Counted from the stretch's first letter, positions 1 to 10,070 are shown. The stretch: DNA of 64,000 nt from Dehalococcoidia bacterium (GCA_965249025.1 OZ252215.1:1471783-1535782); one strand, 5' to 3'. The notes: a model not told the origin generated them from the sequence alone. A program made the numbers and translations.

Positions 1-681
1 CTTGAGTATAGACCCATCCAATATCCTAGACACATCGCTCAGTTTGATGCGCTCCTTGGAAAACTCCTCTGGAATAACGGTCAGGGTAGCCCCAGCCGAC
101 TTGCCAATGCCCAAGGCCAAGTGTCCCGCCTTGCGGCCCATCACCACAACAAAGTACCAGCGATTGGTGGTCCTAGAGTCCTCCATAAGATTGAGGACTA
201 GCTCCGTTCCAACATGTCTGGCTGTCTCGAAACCAAAGGTAGGCATTCCTGTAGGCAACGGCAAATCGTTGTCTATGGTCTTGGGAACGTGAGCAACTCG
301 AATAGTACCGTTGGCGGCTCTAGAGACCTCGCGAGCACCAAAAGCGGTATCATCGCCGCCTATGGTAACCAGGTACGCGACTCCGAGCTTTTGGAGGGTT
401 TGTACTGCACATTCAAGGTGCTCCTTCTTTCGAGTCGGATTTGTGCGGGATGTGCGTAACATGGATCCCCCCTGGGTGTGGATGCGCGACACATCTGAGA
501 TCTCCAGGGACCTCACCATATCTGCGCGACCTTTCACCAAATGCTCGAAACCGTCATATATACCGAGAACTTCAACTCCGGAGTTATTTGCTTCAATGGT
601 GGCGGAACTGATGGCGCTGTTAATTCCAGGGGCCGGCCCGCCGCCTACAAGTATGCCTAGACGACCATGCTTCTTAACCAT
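1..681 (-). CDS. 6-phosphofructokinase, PPi-dependent-type signature (N-terminal 227 aa; C-terminus runs off the left edge)
   Basis: Hand translation of the minus strand from ATG 681-679 (GGAGGAGG just upstream) gives MVKKHGRLGILVGGGPAPGINSAISSATIEANNSGVEVLGIYDGFEH, then TIGGDDTAF and HVPKTIDNDLPLP, which are PfkA-family motifs. It is absent from the ORF track because no stop lies in the window. The + ORFs 2-292, 214-459 and 311-724 are antisense shadows. Confidence 0.85.
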   Translation of the reverse strand, partial: MVKKHGRLGILVGGGPAPGINSAISSATIEANNSGVEVLGIYDGFEHLVKGRADMVRSLEISDVSRIHTQGGSMLRTSRTNPTRKKEHLECAVQTLQKLGVAYLVTIGGDDTAFGAREVSRAANGTIRVAHVPKTIDNDLPLPTGMPTFGFETARHVGTELVLNLMEDSRTTNRWYFVVVMGRKAGHLALGIGKSAGATLTVIPEEFSKERIKLSDVSRILDGSILK

Positions 682-828
682 AGCCTCCTCCCCTATAAAT
701 CCCTTCGTATCCAGACTTTCATAAAGGATCTATTGTGTCAAGACAGCCCCCTACGCTATCTTAAGGATAAGTTCTTTACGCCTCTTGGCATCTGCCCAAT
801 AGAAGCGCTCATCAAAGATAATGTAGAG

Positions 829-1446
829 ATGAATCCCAACGTACATGTTGACACGTATTATGAAGTTAATGGAGAGGTGATCGTGAAAAGAGCCCAAGCG
901 AAGAACAAAAAAGAGATAAGACGTTTTGTCAAACTTTCCACCTCGCTTCTGGTAGGTGTAACATTTGCGGCATTCTTGCTTGCGGCTTGCACGGGCCAGA
1001 GCAACGAAACGTCGACTCAAACGCAAAACAACCTGAAGGCAGCCCCTGAAATTCGCATGACTCTCTATAGCGGCGAAGAGTTCAACCTCTCGGATTTCAG
1101 AGGCAAGCCAGTTGTTATCAACTTTTGGTTCCCCTCGTGTCCGCCATGCAGGGCAGAGATGCCAGATTTGGAAAACGCCTGGCAGAACCATAAAGCCGAT
1201 GGTTTGGTATTCATAGGAGTACAACTGCTAGGGGTTGATGGCCTGCAAGATGGCAAGGACTTCATAGAAGAGGTGGGAGTAACCTATCCGGTAGGCGCTG
1301 ACGAAGACGGCCAGATATTTATCGACTACGGGGTATCGGGTTTCCCGTCCACCATTTTTATCACCAAGGCCCAGGAAATTGCCAAAAAATGGACTGGGGC
1401 ACTAGACGCCAAGCGCCTAGAAGAATTAATCCAGGAAATTTTGTAA
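829..1446 (+). CDS. TlpA/ResA-family thiol:disulfide oxidoreductase (thioredoxin fold, probably membrane-anchored or lipoprotein)
   Basis: ORF 667-1446. CxxC active site in FWFPSCPPCRAEMPDL. The hydrophobic N-terminal segment ends LLAAC. The start is uncertain: ATG 829, or GTG 883 after GGAGAGG. Confidence 0.8.
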   Translation: MNPNVHVDTYYEVNGEVIVKRAQAKNKKEIRRFVKLSTSLLVGVTFAAFLLAACTGQSNETSTQTQNNLKAAPEIRMTLYSGEEFNLSDFRGKPVVINFWFPSCPPCRAEMPDLENAWQNHKADGLVFIGVQLLGVDGLQDGKDFIEEVGVTYPVGADEDGQIFIDYGVSGFPSTIFITKAQEIAKKWTGALDAKRLEELIQEIL

Positions 1447-1497
1447 GAGTCTCCGAGAGGGGATACCATCTCCTCCAGCGCAATTTCTGCTACACTG

Positions 1498-2010
1498 TTG
1501 CCCATGAGCGTAGCGGATGGCTTTCTTCTAGCAGTACGTTGGCTCCATAACATATCGGCGGTAACCTGGATTGGTGGTAGCCTCTTCTACTTCCTTGTGC
1601 TACGCCCCGCGGCCAAGAGGGAAAGCTCAGCATGGGCATCAGCGAATCGAGCCATCGCCAAAGAGTTCAAAAGCCTTGTAGACACATGCATCCTGGTCCT
1701 GGTTGTCACCGGTACCATAATGTCTTTCGATAGGCTCACCGGGGAATTTATCGGCGTCCTTTATGTGACTACCCTTGCTGTAAAGATTTCTTTAGCCTTG
1801 TGGATGTTTTACCTGGTTCTCTCTAGACGTAGGCGCATCCCGATAACGCAGGCATCGCAGGCGTTAGGCTCACCTGTGCCCCATTCTTTGTGGCAAAAAG
1901 TAGGAAGAGCAGTATCAGGCTACAACGTCATAGTAATATTCGGGGTTGTAGTATTCCTATTGTCGGATATTCTTAGGTTCATGGTTGAAAAAGCCTTGGC
2001 AGGAAGCTAG
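1498..2010 (+). CDS. integral membrane protein, CopD-like (function uncertain)
   Basis: 170 aa with about 4 hydrophobic helices. The N-terminal RWLHNISAVTWIGGSLFYFLVLRP resembles CopD-type domains. It follows the thioredoxin-like gene. Confidence 0.4.
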   Translation: MPMSVADGFLLAVRWLHNISAVTWIGGSLFYFLVLRPAAKRESSAWASANRAIAKEFKSLVDTCILVLVVTGTIMSFDRLTGEFIGVLYVTTLAVKISLALWMFYLVLSRRRRIPITQASQALGSPVPHSLWQKVGRAVSGYNVIVIFGVVVFLLSDILRFMVEKALAGS

Positions 2011-2096
2011 GAGTAAACAAGTAAGGCATTAACCTACTTGTAAAGTGACTTGCCAAAATGCTAAGGTGTCATATGCGTTCCTAAGGGGAAGTAATC

Positions 2097-2279
2097 ATGA
2101 AGAAAGACCTGCTGGATATATTGGCTTGCCCCGTATGTAAGGGCCCCCTAACCCTCTCTATAAAGAAGGAGGAGAACGAGAGAGTAATTGAGGGCAGCTT
2201 GTACTGTGCAAGTTGTCAAGAGTCATACCCTATTGAGGACTCAATACCTAATCTTCTTCCTCCTGATCTCCGCGAATAG
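2097..2279 (+). CDS. Trm112-family small zinc-ribbon protein
   Basis: 60 aa. DILACPVCKGPL ... YCASCQESYPIEDSIPNLLP is the typical Trm112/UPF0434 pattern. GGGGAAG lies upstream of the ATG. Confidence 0.75.
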   Translation: MKKDLLDILACPVCKGPLTLSIKKEENERVIEGSLYCASCQESYPIEDSIPNLLPPDLRE

Positions 2280-2289
2280 ATAAGCAGAC

Positions 2290-2805
2290 TCAGTCCGAAG
2301 AGACCTGTGCTGGCAGCTTCTTCACTCCCCAAGGCCTTTCAATACGGCCCAGCACTTCCGACATCTTAAGATTAAGCACAGGATGAAGTAGATCGGGAGC
2401 AATCTCCACCAGCGGAACCAGAACAAAGGCACGCTCTACTAGTCTGGGATGTGGGATAGCCAGGCGAGGAGTCTCAAGAACTAAGTTATCAAACAGCAGA
2501 ATATCTATGTCTGCGTATCTGGGCCCATTGCGGAAGGTGGCTCCAGGGCCTACGCCAGCTTCTATCTTCTTTATCCACGACAATAGCTTATCAGGCGTCA
2601 TCTCAGTCTCAATCAAACAGACGGCATTGAGAAACGTGGGCTGATTCAGATAGCCCACTGGTATGGTTTCATAGATAGACGAAAGCTGAATCAGCTTGGT
2701 CTCTTCCTCCAAACCAGCCAACATACCTTTAACGTTTTCAAATCTGTCTCCGAGATTAGAACCCAGCCCAAGGTACGCCTCTGACATGGTCAACTCCCGC
2801 TCCAT
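2290..2805 (-). CDS. folK: 2-amino-4-hydroxy-6-hydroxymethyldihydropteridine diphosphokinase
   Basis: 171 aa. AYLGLGSNLGDR near the N-terminus and RYADIDILLF are HPPK hallmarks. It overlaps folP by 16 nt, so the two form an operon. Confidence 0.85.
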   Translation of the reverse strand: MERELTMSEAYLGLGSNLGDRFENVKGMLAGLEEETKLIQLSSIYETIPVGYLNQPTFLNAVCLIETEMTPDKLLSWIKKIEAGVGPGATFRNGPRYADIDILLFDNLVLETPRLAIPHPRLVERAFVLVPLVEIAPDLLHPVLNLKMSEVLGRIERPWGVKKLPAQVSSD

Positions 2806-3692
2806 CCGCGGACTATAGCATCGCTCATACGTGCCACTCTCACCATCTCTCTAACATCGTGCACGCGGACTATATCGGCGCCATAGGCGATGGCCAAAGC
2901 CACTGTCGCCGCCGTGCCCTCCAACCGCTGATCGACAGGAAGGCCAAGGACGGCTCCTATGGTTGACTTGCGAGACATGCCTACCAGAATTGGTCTGCCC
3001 AGCACCTTAAACTCGTCTAGTCGGCGAAGGATCTCTAAGTTATGTTGAGGGTTCTTGCCAAACCCCATGCCAGGATCCACGATTATGTTCTCCAAAGAGA
3101 TTCCGGTATTCAGAGCAGCTTGAGTCCCGGACCGAAGTTCAGCTATGACATTTGGGACAACATCGTCATATTTAGTGTGTGATTGATTATGCATAAGAAC
3201 CACAGGAACTCCTTTACTAGCGACCACCTCAGCCATCTGAGGGTCAGCTTGAAGACCCCACACATCATTGACCATAGAGGCCCCCACATCCAAGGCTCTC
3301 TCCGCTACCGACGCCTTGTAGGTATCTATGCTTATTGGCACCCTTAGGCGCCCCTTCAGGCGACTTATCACAGGTAACACGCGTCTCAATTCTTCCTCTG
3401 GGGTTACAGATGTGGCAGCTTCCTGCCCATAGGTATGCGACGGACGAGTCGACTCTCCACCCACATCTATTATGTCCACGCCTTCTTCCTGAAACCGAAG
3501 TGCTTTCTCTATAGCCGCATCGGCATTGTAGCCCAGGCCATCGCCTGAGAAGGAGTCATTGGTAACGTTGATGACTCCCATAACATAAGTACGTTTACCC
3601 CAGATGAACTCGGTGTCTCCGATGTTTGTTGTTCCCCTGCCAGAGACCTTGACCAACACTATGCTCCTTAACTCAACTTCATATTGTAGCAT
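2790..3692 (-). CDS. folP: dihydropteroate synthase
   Basis: 300 aa. MGVINVTNDSFSGDG, DIIDVGGESTRP and VDPGMGFGK are pterin-binding DHPS motifs. The start could lie further in. Confidence 0.9.
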   Translation of the reverse strand: MLQYEVELRSIVLVKVSGRGTTNIGDTEFIWGKRTYVMGVINVTNDSFSGDGLGYNADAAIEKALRFQEEGVDIIDVGGESTRPSHTYGQEAATSVTPEEELRRVLPVISRLKGRLRVPISIDTYKASVAERALDVGASMVNDVWGLQADPQMAEVVASKGVPVVLMHNQSHTKYDDVVPNVIAELRSGTQAALNTGISLENIIVDPGMGFGKNPQHNLEILRRLDEFKVLGRPILVGMSRKSTIGAVLGLPVDQRLEGTAATVALAIAYGADIVRVHDVREMVRVARMSDAIVRGWSGS

Positions 3693-3799
3693 GAGGACGA
3701 GGCAGCTTAGGTTTGAGCTTCCTTGCTTTGATAGTTAGAATCTGCTAGCATAAAATCGCAATTCAGATATGTCCTTGAACACGACATCTAGGCGGAGAG

Positions 3800-5362
3800 A
3801 TGACCATAGAGAGCAAAGCTCAGATAAAGCTAGAACACCTTCAAAAGCTAAGAGCACAGTCTAGGTTGGGTGGAGGCGAGAATAAAATAGAATCACAACA
3901 CAAGAAGGGCAAACTCACTGCACGTGAGAGGATTGCCCTTCTTTTAGATGAAGGCTCTTTTGAAGAGTTAGATGCATTTGCCACTCACAGATGCACAGAT
4001 TTGGGGGCAGAAAAGGACCGACCACTTGGTGACTCTGTGGTTACCGGTTACGGTTACATCAATGAGAGGCTCACATATGTATACGCCCAAGACTTTACGG
4101 TCTTTGGAGGGTCTCTATCTAAGATCGCAGGAGAGAAGATATGTAAGGTGATGGACTTAGCCCTAAAAAACGGGGCCCCTGTTATAGGTCTCAACGACTC
4201 TGGCGGAGCGCGTATTCAAGAGGGCGTCGACAGTCTGGCAGGCTATGGTGATATCTTCCTACGAAACACCATAGCATCCGGAGTAATACCACAGATAACG
4301 GTTATATTGGGGCCAGCCGCGGGTGGAGCGGTGTATTCTCCAGCCCTTACAGATTTCACGTTCATGGTCAAAGATAAGGCCCTGATGTATATCACGGGGC
4401 CTGATGTGGTCAAAGCGGTTACCCAGGAAGAGGTTACTCACGAAGAGTTGGGAGGAACTGAGGCCAATGTTACGAAGAGCGGGGTAGCCCACTTCTCCTT
4501 CGATAGCGAGGAGGAGTGCCTGGAACAGGTAAACCGCCTTCTAACCTTCCTTCCTCAAAATAACATGAGTGACCCAACGCCTGTAGAATTCTTTGATCAC
4601 AACGAACGCATAGATGAGGAATTAGCGTTCATAGTTCCCGATGATGTCTCGAAGCCCTACGACATGAAGGAAATATTGATTAGGGTGGTAGATGATGGCG
4701 ACATAATGGAGGTACATGAAGAACACGCTAAAAACATAATAGTGGGCTTTGCACGTTTCAGCGGACGCCCCATAGGAGTCGTTGCCCAACAGCCTCTTTA
4801 CCTATCAGGCGCTCTTGACATCAACGCTTCAACCAAAGCGGCTCGGTTCGTTAGATTCTGTGATGCCTTCAACATACCCCTGGTAACGTTCATAGACGTA
4901 CCGGGGTTCTTGCCTGGGGTAGCGCAAGAGCACGGCGGTATAATAAAGAATGGGGCCAAGCTTATATACGCCTACGCCGAGGCAACAGTGCCTAAGGTCA
5001 GTGTTATCATACGGAAGGCCTATGGCGGCGCATATATAGTCATGAGCAGCAAGCATCTCCGTGGGGATATTAACTACGCCTGGCCCAACGCTGAGATTGC
5101 AGTAATGGGGCCTGAGGGCGCCGTAAATGTAATTCATAGGCGTGCAATAGAGGAGTCGAGCAATCCAGAAAATACGAAAGTAAAGCTGACTCAAGAATTC
5201 CGAGAGCTGTTCGCATCTCCGTACATCGCGGCTAGCAGAGGATATATTGACGATATCATAGACCCATCTGAGACCAGGCCAAAGATTATCAGAGCATTGG
5301 AAATGCTTCAAAATAAGCGCGATAGCCTTCCTCCCAAGAAACACGGAAATATCCCACTTTGA
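3800..5362 (+). CDS. acyl-CoA carboxyltransferase (propionyl-CoA carboxylase beta / methylmalonyl-CoA carboxyltransferase 12S type)
   Basis: 520 aa. The layout is that of a carboxyltransferase: [50 protein letters not shown] and [11 protein letters not shown]. Confidence 0.9.
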   Translation: MTIESKAQIKLEHLQKLRAQSRLGGGENKIESQHKKGKLTARERIALLLDEGSFEELDAFATHRCTDLGAEKDRPLGDSVVTGYGYINERLTYVYAQDFTVFGGSLSKIAGEKICKVMDLALKNGAPVIGLNDSGGARIQEGVDSLAGYGDIFLRNTIASGVIPQITVILGPAAGGAVYSPALTDFTFMVKDKALMYITGPDVVKAVTQEEVTHEELGGTEANVTKSGVAHFSFDSEEECLEQVNRLLTFLPQNNMSDPTPVEFFDHNERIDEELAFIVPDDVSKPYDMKEILIRVVDDGDIMEVHEEHAKNIIVGFARFSGRPIGVVAQQPLYLSGALDINASTKAARFVRFCDAFNIPLVTFIDVPGFLPGVAQEHGGIIKNGAKLIYAYAEATVPKVSVIIRKAYGGAYIVMSSKHLRGDINYAWPNAEIAVMGPEGAVNVIHRRAIEESSNPENTKVKLTQEFRELFASPYIAASRGYIDDIIDPSETRPKIIRALEMLQNKRDSLPPKKHGNIPL

Positions 5363-5407
5363 TCGTAGGTCGCTGGTCGATATTGAACGCCAAATCTCTA
5401 AAGAAAT

Positions 5408-5647
5408 ATGTCTACCAAAGGGAATGAAGAAAAGAAGGTTGCAGCAATGCTTGCCGCCATTGAGGCGTATCTCGAAAAAGAGAAGCTAGCAGCAACAATG
5501 GCAGCTATCGAGGCGTATCTGGAAAAGGAGAGCAGAATCCGACACGTTCGCGAGTCTTCAGCATCGACTAAGTGGAGATCGGCCTTCAGACGCATGGGCG
5601 TCCCCCTACAATATAGATGGGGCACTCCATGGCTAAACAGATTCTAG
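5408..5647 (+). CDS. small hypothetical protein with an internal 16-aa tandem duplication (possibly a decarboxylase/OadG-like small subunit)
   Basis: 79 aa lying between the two carboxyltransferase genes on the same strand. It reads AAMLAAIEAYLEKEKL / AATMAAIEAYLEKESR followed by a basic W/R-rich tail. The RBS is weak, and an equally long antisense ORF (5398-5625) exists. Confidence 0.35.
   Translation: MSTKGNEEKKVAAMLAAIEAYLEKEKLAATMAAIEAYLEKESRIRHVRESSASTKWRSAFRRMGVPLQYRWGTPWLNRF
5441..5536 (+). repeat. 2 x 48-bp tandem duplication inside the small ORF
   Basis: gcagcaatgcttgccgccattgaggcgtatctcgaaaaagagaagcta is followed directly by gcagcaacaatggcagctatcgaggcgtatctggaaaaggagagcaga. Confidence 0.8.
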
Positions 5648-5671
5648 AAACAGGTAGGACATAGTAGGAAC

Positions 5672-7627
5672 ATGCCATCTAAAAAAGCTTCTGCAAATCC
5701 TGTAAAGATCACAGACACGACTTTCAGGGACGCTCACCAAAGTCTGTTAGCCACCAGGATGCGCACGGAGGACATGGAGCCAATAGCCTCCGAATTAGAC
5801 GACATTGGGTTTCACTCTGTAGAGGTATGGGGAGGAGCTACCTTCGACGTATGTACTCGTTTCCTTGCTGAGGATCCTTGGGAACGACTAAGAAGGCTGA
5901 AAAAGCTAATGCCGAGGACCCCTTTTCAGATGCTGCTAAGAGGTCAAAATCTGGTGGGCTACAGAAACTACCCAGATGACGTAGTAGAAGCGTTCGTTGA
6001 ACACGCTGCCGAGACTGGCATGGATATATTCAGGGTGTTCGATGCTCTGAACGACGAACGCAACCTGGAGACCGCGGGTAAAGCTGTCAAGAAAGCTGGG
6101 ATGCATTTTCAGGCGGTCATTTGTTATTCGGTAACCGAAGAAGGACACTTGGATGGTCCAATATTCAATCTGGACTACTTTGTTAACAAAGCGCTAATAA
6201 TGGAGAGCATGGGAGCCGACAGCCTGTGCATCAAAGATATGGCTGGCCTTCTGGCTCCCTATGACGCCTATGAGCTAGTAAAGGCCCTTAAAGCCAAGCT
6301 GAGCATACCATTACAGCTTCACATGCATTACACAAGTGGGATGGCCGCCATGACCGCTCTAAAGGCCATTGAGGCTGGGATTGATATAGTCGATGCCTGT
6401 CTAGCTCCATTCGCTTTACGGACCTCTCAACCTGCCGTAGAGCCTCTCATAACCACCCTTCGGGGAGGCCCGAGGGATACAAACCTCGACCTAGAGAAGC
6501 TGATAGAGCTAGGTGACTATTTGGAGTCAATTGCTCCAAAGTATTCACACCTCCTTCAAAGCAACAAGGCAGGCATAGTAGATGTCAAAGTCTTGAGCCA
6601 CCAAATACCTGGTGGAATGACGAGCAACCTCATATCTCAACTCAAGGAAGCAGACGCCCTAGATAAGCTAGACGAAGTCCTTAAAGACCTACCCGTTACT
6701 AGAAAAGAGCTGGGCTATCCGCCATTGGTCACTCCAACAAGTCAAATCGTCGGATCACAGGCGGTGAGCAATGTCCTATTTGGACGGTATAAGATGGTGT
6801 CTGGCCAAGTCAAAGACTACGCCTACGGACTCTACGGCCAACCTCCAGCGCCAATGGACCCAGAGGTGGTAAAAGCGGTCCTGAAGGGCTACCCAAGAGG
6901 TGAAGAGCCGATAACTGGAAGACCTGCGGACTATTTAGAGCCTGAACTAGAACAGGCCAAGGAGGACGCCAAGGACATCGCCAAGGACATCGGGGATGTG
7001 CTCACATACGCTCTCTATCCCACCACTGGAATGAAGTTCCTGCGCATGAAGTATGGTCTGGAGCCGATACCACCTGAGATGAGGCCAAAGACTCTCGATG
7101 AAGCAAGGAAAGATCAAGAGCTTGTCGCCAAGGCCAAGGCGGGGCTCCTTGCCGAAAAAAGCGCTCCAGAGCCGTCTCTTACACCACCACCGCCACCATC
7201 CAAGAGCCCCAGGTCAAGGCTTTTTAACGTCTATATTGGAGATGAACACTATCAGGTAGAGGTAGATCCAGCCAGAGGAACCAATAGACCCTCTGTTTCA
7301 AGAGTGAAACCGACACTATCTCAACCAGTGGCTGCTACTCCTCAACCTGCGTCTCGACCGGAACCTCAGGCTCCACAGACTGCGGCAGGCTCCCTGACAG
7401 TAGGCGAAAGACAAAAGGCCATAGAAGCTCCGATGCTAGGCATTGTAATCAGATACGAAGTGGAGGTAGGCCAGCAAGTCAAATCCGGTGATACAGTAGT
7501 CATCCTTGAGGCTATGAAAATGGAGAACGCCCTGCCTTCTCCTGTAGATGGAGTGGTTAAGGTGCTGCCTTGCCAGCCAGGGGCTAAGGTTGCGAAAAGC
7601 GATATCCTTGCTATAATTGATATGTAA
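5672..7627 (+). CDS. pyruvate/oxaloacetate carboxyltransferase (transcarboxylase 5S / OadA / PycB type) fused to a C-terminal biotinyl carrier domain
   Basis: 651 aa. The N-terminal ITDTTFRDAHQSLLATRMRT belongs to an HMGL-like TIM barrel. A Pro/Ala-rich linker follows, and the C-terminal VVILEAMKMEN carries the biotinyl-lysine motif. Confidence 0.9.
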   Translation: MPSKKASANPVKITDTTFRDAHQSLLATRMRTEDMEPIASELDDIGFHSVEVWGGATFDVCTRFLAEDPWERLRRLKKLMPRTPFQMLLRGQNLVGYRNYPDDVVEAFVEHAAETGMDIFRVFDALNDERNLETAGKAVKKAGMHFQAVICYSVTEEGHLDGPIFNLDYFVNKALIMESMGADSLCIKDMAGLLAPYDAYELVKALKAKLSIPLQLHMHYTSGMAAMTALKAIEAGIDIVDACLAPFALRTSQPAVEPLITTLRGGPRDTNLDLEKLIELGDYLESIAPKYSHLLQSNKAGIVDVKVLSHQIPGGMTSNLISQLKEADALDKLDEVLKDLPVTRKELGYPPLVTPTSQIVGSQAVSNVLFGRYKMVSGQVKDYAYGLYGQPPAPMDPEVVKAVLKGYPRGEEPITGRPADYLEPELEQAKEDAKDIAKDIGDVLTYALYPTTGMKFLRMKYGLEPIPPEMRPKTLDEARKDQELVAKAKAGLLAEKSAPEPSLTPPPPPSKSPRSRLFNVYIGDEHYQVEVDPARGTNRPSVSRVKPTLSQPVAATPQPASRPEPQAPQTAAGSLTVGERQKAIEAPMLGIVIRYEVEVGQQVKSGDTVVILEAMKMENALPSPVDGVVKVLPCQPGAKVAKSDILAIIDM

Positions 7628-7832
7628 GTCGTCTGCAATGGATTAGGAGGAGCCATAACCCGTGGTAAACCCCAGTTCAGCAAGTCAGCCAAGGCGTTTT
7701 CACCTCCTTTTTGTAGAACCCTTCATCTGCGATTCCCAACACATTATTAATTTCAATCACTCACAGCCTTTGTTAGTGCCAGAGTTAATAGCATATGGAT
7801 AAAACACGCGTACAAGAAGAAAGGAGAGCATA

Positions 7833-9038
7833 TTGGTAGACCAGAAAGCTATTGAAGCAGCGAAGGACCATTTCGAAAAGCTCCTCAAACGTCAGCTAGC
7901 GCGAATAGAGCTCGTGAAGGCGGACAAAGAGTGGGCGGACTTCTCGAAAGTCAGTCCGATAATCGTCGGTATTCTAGGAGGAGATGGCATCGGCCCCTTC
8001 ATCGCCGCCGAAGCTCAGCGGGTCTTAGAGACCTTGCTTAAAGAGGACATAGCTAAAGGCAAAATTGATTTCCGGGTACTTGAAGGCTTAACCATTGAGA
8101 ATCGTGCCAAACACCTCAAAGCCATTCCTGATGATGTTCTTGAAGAGATCAAGAAATGCCATGTAACGTTGAAAGGCCCAACCACCACTCCAGAGCGTGG
8201 CGACGAATGGCCTAATATAGAGAGCGCCAATGTGGCCATGCGTAAGGAGCTAGACCTCTTCGCTAATATTCGACCAGTCCGAATCCCTAGAGAAGGCATA
8301 GACTGGATGTTCTTCCGCGAGAACACAGAGGACCTATACGCTGTAGGTCCCGATGGCACAATGGTGACAGACGACCTGGCCGTAGACTTTAGAGTGCTCT
8401 CTAGGCCTGGCTCAGAGCGCATTATAGAGGCCGCCTTTGAGTATGCCAATAGCAATGGTAAACTCAGCGTTACTGTAGTGACCAAGGCCAACATCGTAAA
8501 GACCACGGATGGCGTCTTTCTGGATGCGGCGCGAAAGGTGGCGGAGAATTATCCCGATATAAAATGGGAAGGCTGGTACATAGATATTATGACCGCCAAG
8601 CTTCTTGACCCAAAGAGGCGCAAGGACTTTCAGGTAATTGTGTTGCCCAACCTGTACGGCGACATACTAACTGACGAGGCTGCGGAGATGCAAGGTGGCG
8701 TCGGCACTGCAGGAAGCGCCAACGTCGGAAAGAAATACTCCATGTTTGAGGCCATTCATGGCAGTGCGCCCAGGATGGTACGGGAAGGACGCGCAAAGTA
8801 TGCGGACCCCAGCTCAATGGTTCGTGCCGGAGCCATGCTACTGGAGCACATAGGATACAAAACTTTAGGCCAAAAGCTCCAAATGGCTCTAGACATCTGT
8901 GGGCAGTACGAAAAGAAGATCGTGCTTACTGGACGCGACACCGGTGCTACCGGTAAAGAGTTAGGCGACTACGTGATGGTAACCCTAAACGACTCCCAGC
9001 TAAAGACCAGGTGGGAAAACTATGCGTTTGCTAAATAA
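7833..9038 (+). CDS. isocitrate/isopropylmalate dehydrogenase family protein (probable isocitrate dehydrogenase)
   Basis: 401 aa with a TTG start. ILGGDGIGPF, NLYGDILTDEAAEMQGGVGTAGSANVG and EAIHGSAP are beta-decarboxylating dehydrogenase motifs. It sits next to mdh. Confidence 0.8.
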   Translation: MVDQKAIEAAKDHFEKLLKRQLARIELVKADKEWADFSKVSPIIVGILGGDGIGPFIAAEAQRVLETLLKEDIAKGKIDFRVLEGLTIENRAKHLKAIPDDVLEEIKKCHVTLKGPTTTPERGDEWPNIESANVAMRKELDLFANIRPVRIPREGIDWMFFRENTEDLYAVGPDGTMVTDDLAVDFRVLSRPGSERIIEAAFEYANSNGKLSVTVVTKANIVKTTDGVFLDAARKVAENYPDIKWEGWYIDIMTAKLLDPKRRKDFQVIVLPNLYGDILTDEAAEMQGGVGTAGSANVGKKYSMFEAIHGSAPRMVREGRAKYADPSSMVRAGAMLLEHIGYKTLGQKLQMALDICGQYEKKIVLTGRDTGATGKELGDYVMVTLNDSQLKTRWENYAFAK

Positions 9039-9131
9039 CAGGCCCATCACAGCGAACTCATAACTAGGAGTAGAGCGATCTCTACTAGTTCAAATTTGAT
9101 AGGGATGGCCAGTTTGCTAAGGGGGAGGCAG

Positions 9132-10070
9132 ATGCTAAATAAGATAACAGTTGTAGGAGCGGGAAACGTTGGGGCCACTACAGCCCAGCGCATGGCAGAC
9201 AAGGGCTATGCCGACGTAGTGCTAGTAGACATAGTGCCAGGGCTACCTCAGGGAAAAGCACTAGATATGTTAGAGGCCGGAGCCATCATCGGCTCTGATG
9301 CCCTGGTGCTAGGCACCAATGACTACGAGGATACGGCGGGATCGGACATAGTCGTCATTACTGCGGGCTTACCCAGGAAACCTGGAATGAGTCGCGACGA
9401 TCTCCTATTCAAGAACATGAAGATTATGACCGAGGTCACCCAGCAAATCGTCAAATACTCCCCCCACTGCATATTGATCGTCGTTACAAATCCTCTCGAC
9501 GCCATGGCTCAACTGGCTTTCGAGGTGAGCGGATTTCCTAAACACAGAGTTATGGGTATGGCCGGCATTTTAGACACGGCGAGATTCCGAACTTTCATAT
9601 CAAGAGAGTTGAACGTGTCTGTTCACAACGTGGCGGCTTACGTACTAGGTGGGCATGGGGACAGCATGGTTCCGCTGGTGGGTTATACAAACGTCGCTGG
9701 CCAGCCGATTACGCAGCGGTTGGACAAGGAGCAAATAGACAGAATTGTTCAGCGAACTCGAGCAGGAGGTGAGGAAATAGTTGGGCTTTTGCAGACTGGA
9801 AGCGCATTCTACGCTCCCTCAGCGGCAATAACTCAAATGGTGGAAGCCATCCTCTTCGATAGAAGAGAGATCCTACCCTGCTCCGTTTATCTAGAGGGTG
9901 AATACGGCATCAGTGGGGTTTTCGCAGGAGTGCCTGCAAAGCTCGGCACCCACGGCGTCGAAAGGATACTAGAAATAGAACTTCACCCCGAAGAGCTGGA
10001 GGCACTGAGAACATCTGTGGAAACTGTACGAGGCCTTGTAGAAAAGATGCGCTCCAAAACCGCCGCCTAA
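9132..10070 (+). CDS. mdh: malate dehydrogenase (LDH-like, NAD-dependent)
   Basis: [15 protein letters not shown] Rossmann motif, [16 protein letters not shown] and [12 protein letters not shown] 9132 is preferred over 9096 because GGGGGAGG sits 4-11 nt upstream. Confidence 0.9.
   Translation: MLNKITVVGAGNVGATTAQRMADKGYADVVLVDIVPGLPQGKALDMLEAGAIIGSDALVLGTNDYEDTAGSDIVVITAGLPRKPGMSRDDLLFKNMKIMTEVTQQIVKYSPHCILIVVTNPLDAMAQLAFEVSGFPKHRVMGMAGILDTARFRTFISRELNVSVHNVAAYVLGGHGDSMVPLVGYTNVAGQPITQRLDKEQIDRIVQRTRAGGEEIVGLLQTGSAFYAPSAAITQMVEAILFDRREILPCSVYLEGEYGISGVFAGVPAKLGTHGVERILEIELHPEELEALRTSVETVRGLVEKMRSKTAA

Noticed and set aside
2-724. Plus-strand ORFs 2-292, 214-459 and 311-724
   Set aside because: They lie antisense to a clearly recognisable PFK gene on the minus strand (GGGPAPGIN, GGDDT, PKTIDND). 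They show no family motifs of their own.
5398-5625. Antisense 75-aa ORF opposite the small repeat ORF
   Set aside because: The plus-strand ORF is co-oriented with both flanking carboxyltransferase genes and has an amphipathic AAIEAYLEKE repeat, whereas the antisense product is Ser/Ala/Phe-rich. The evidence is weak either way, hence the low confidence on the feature.
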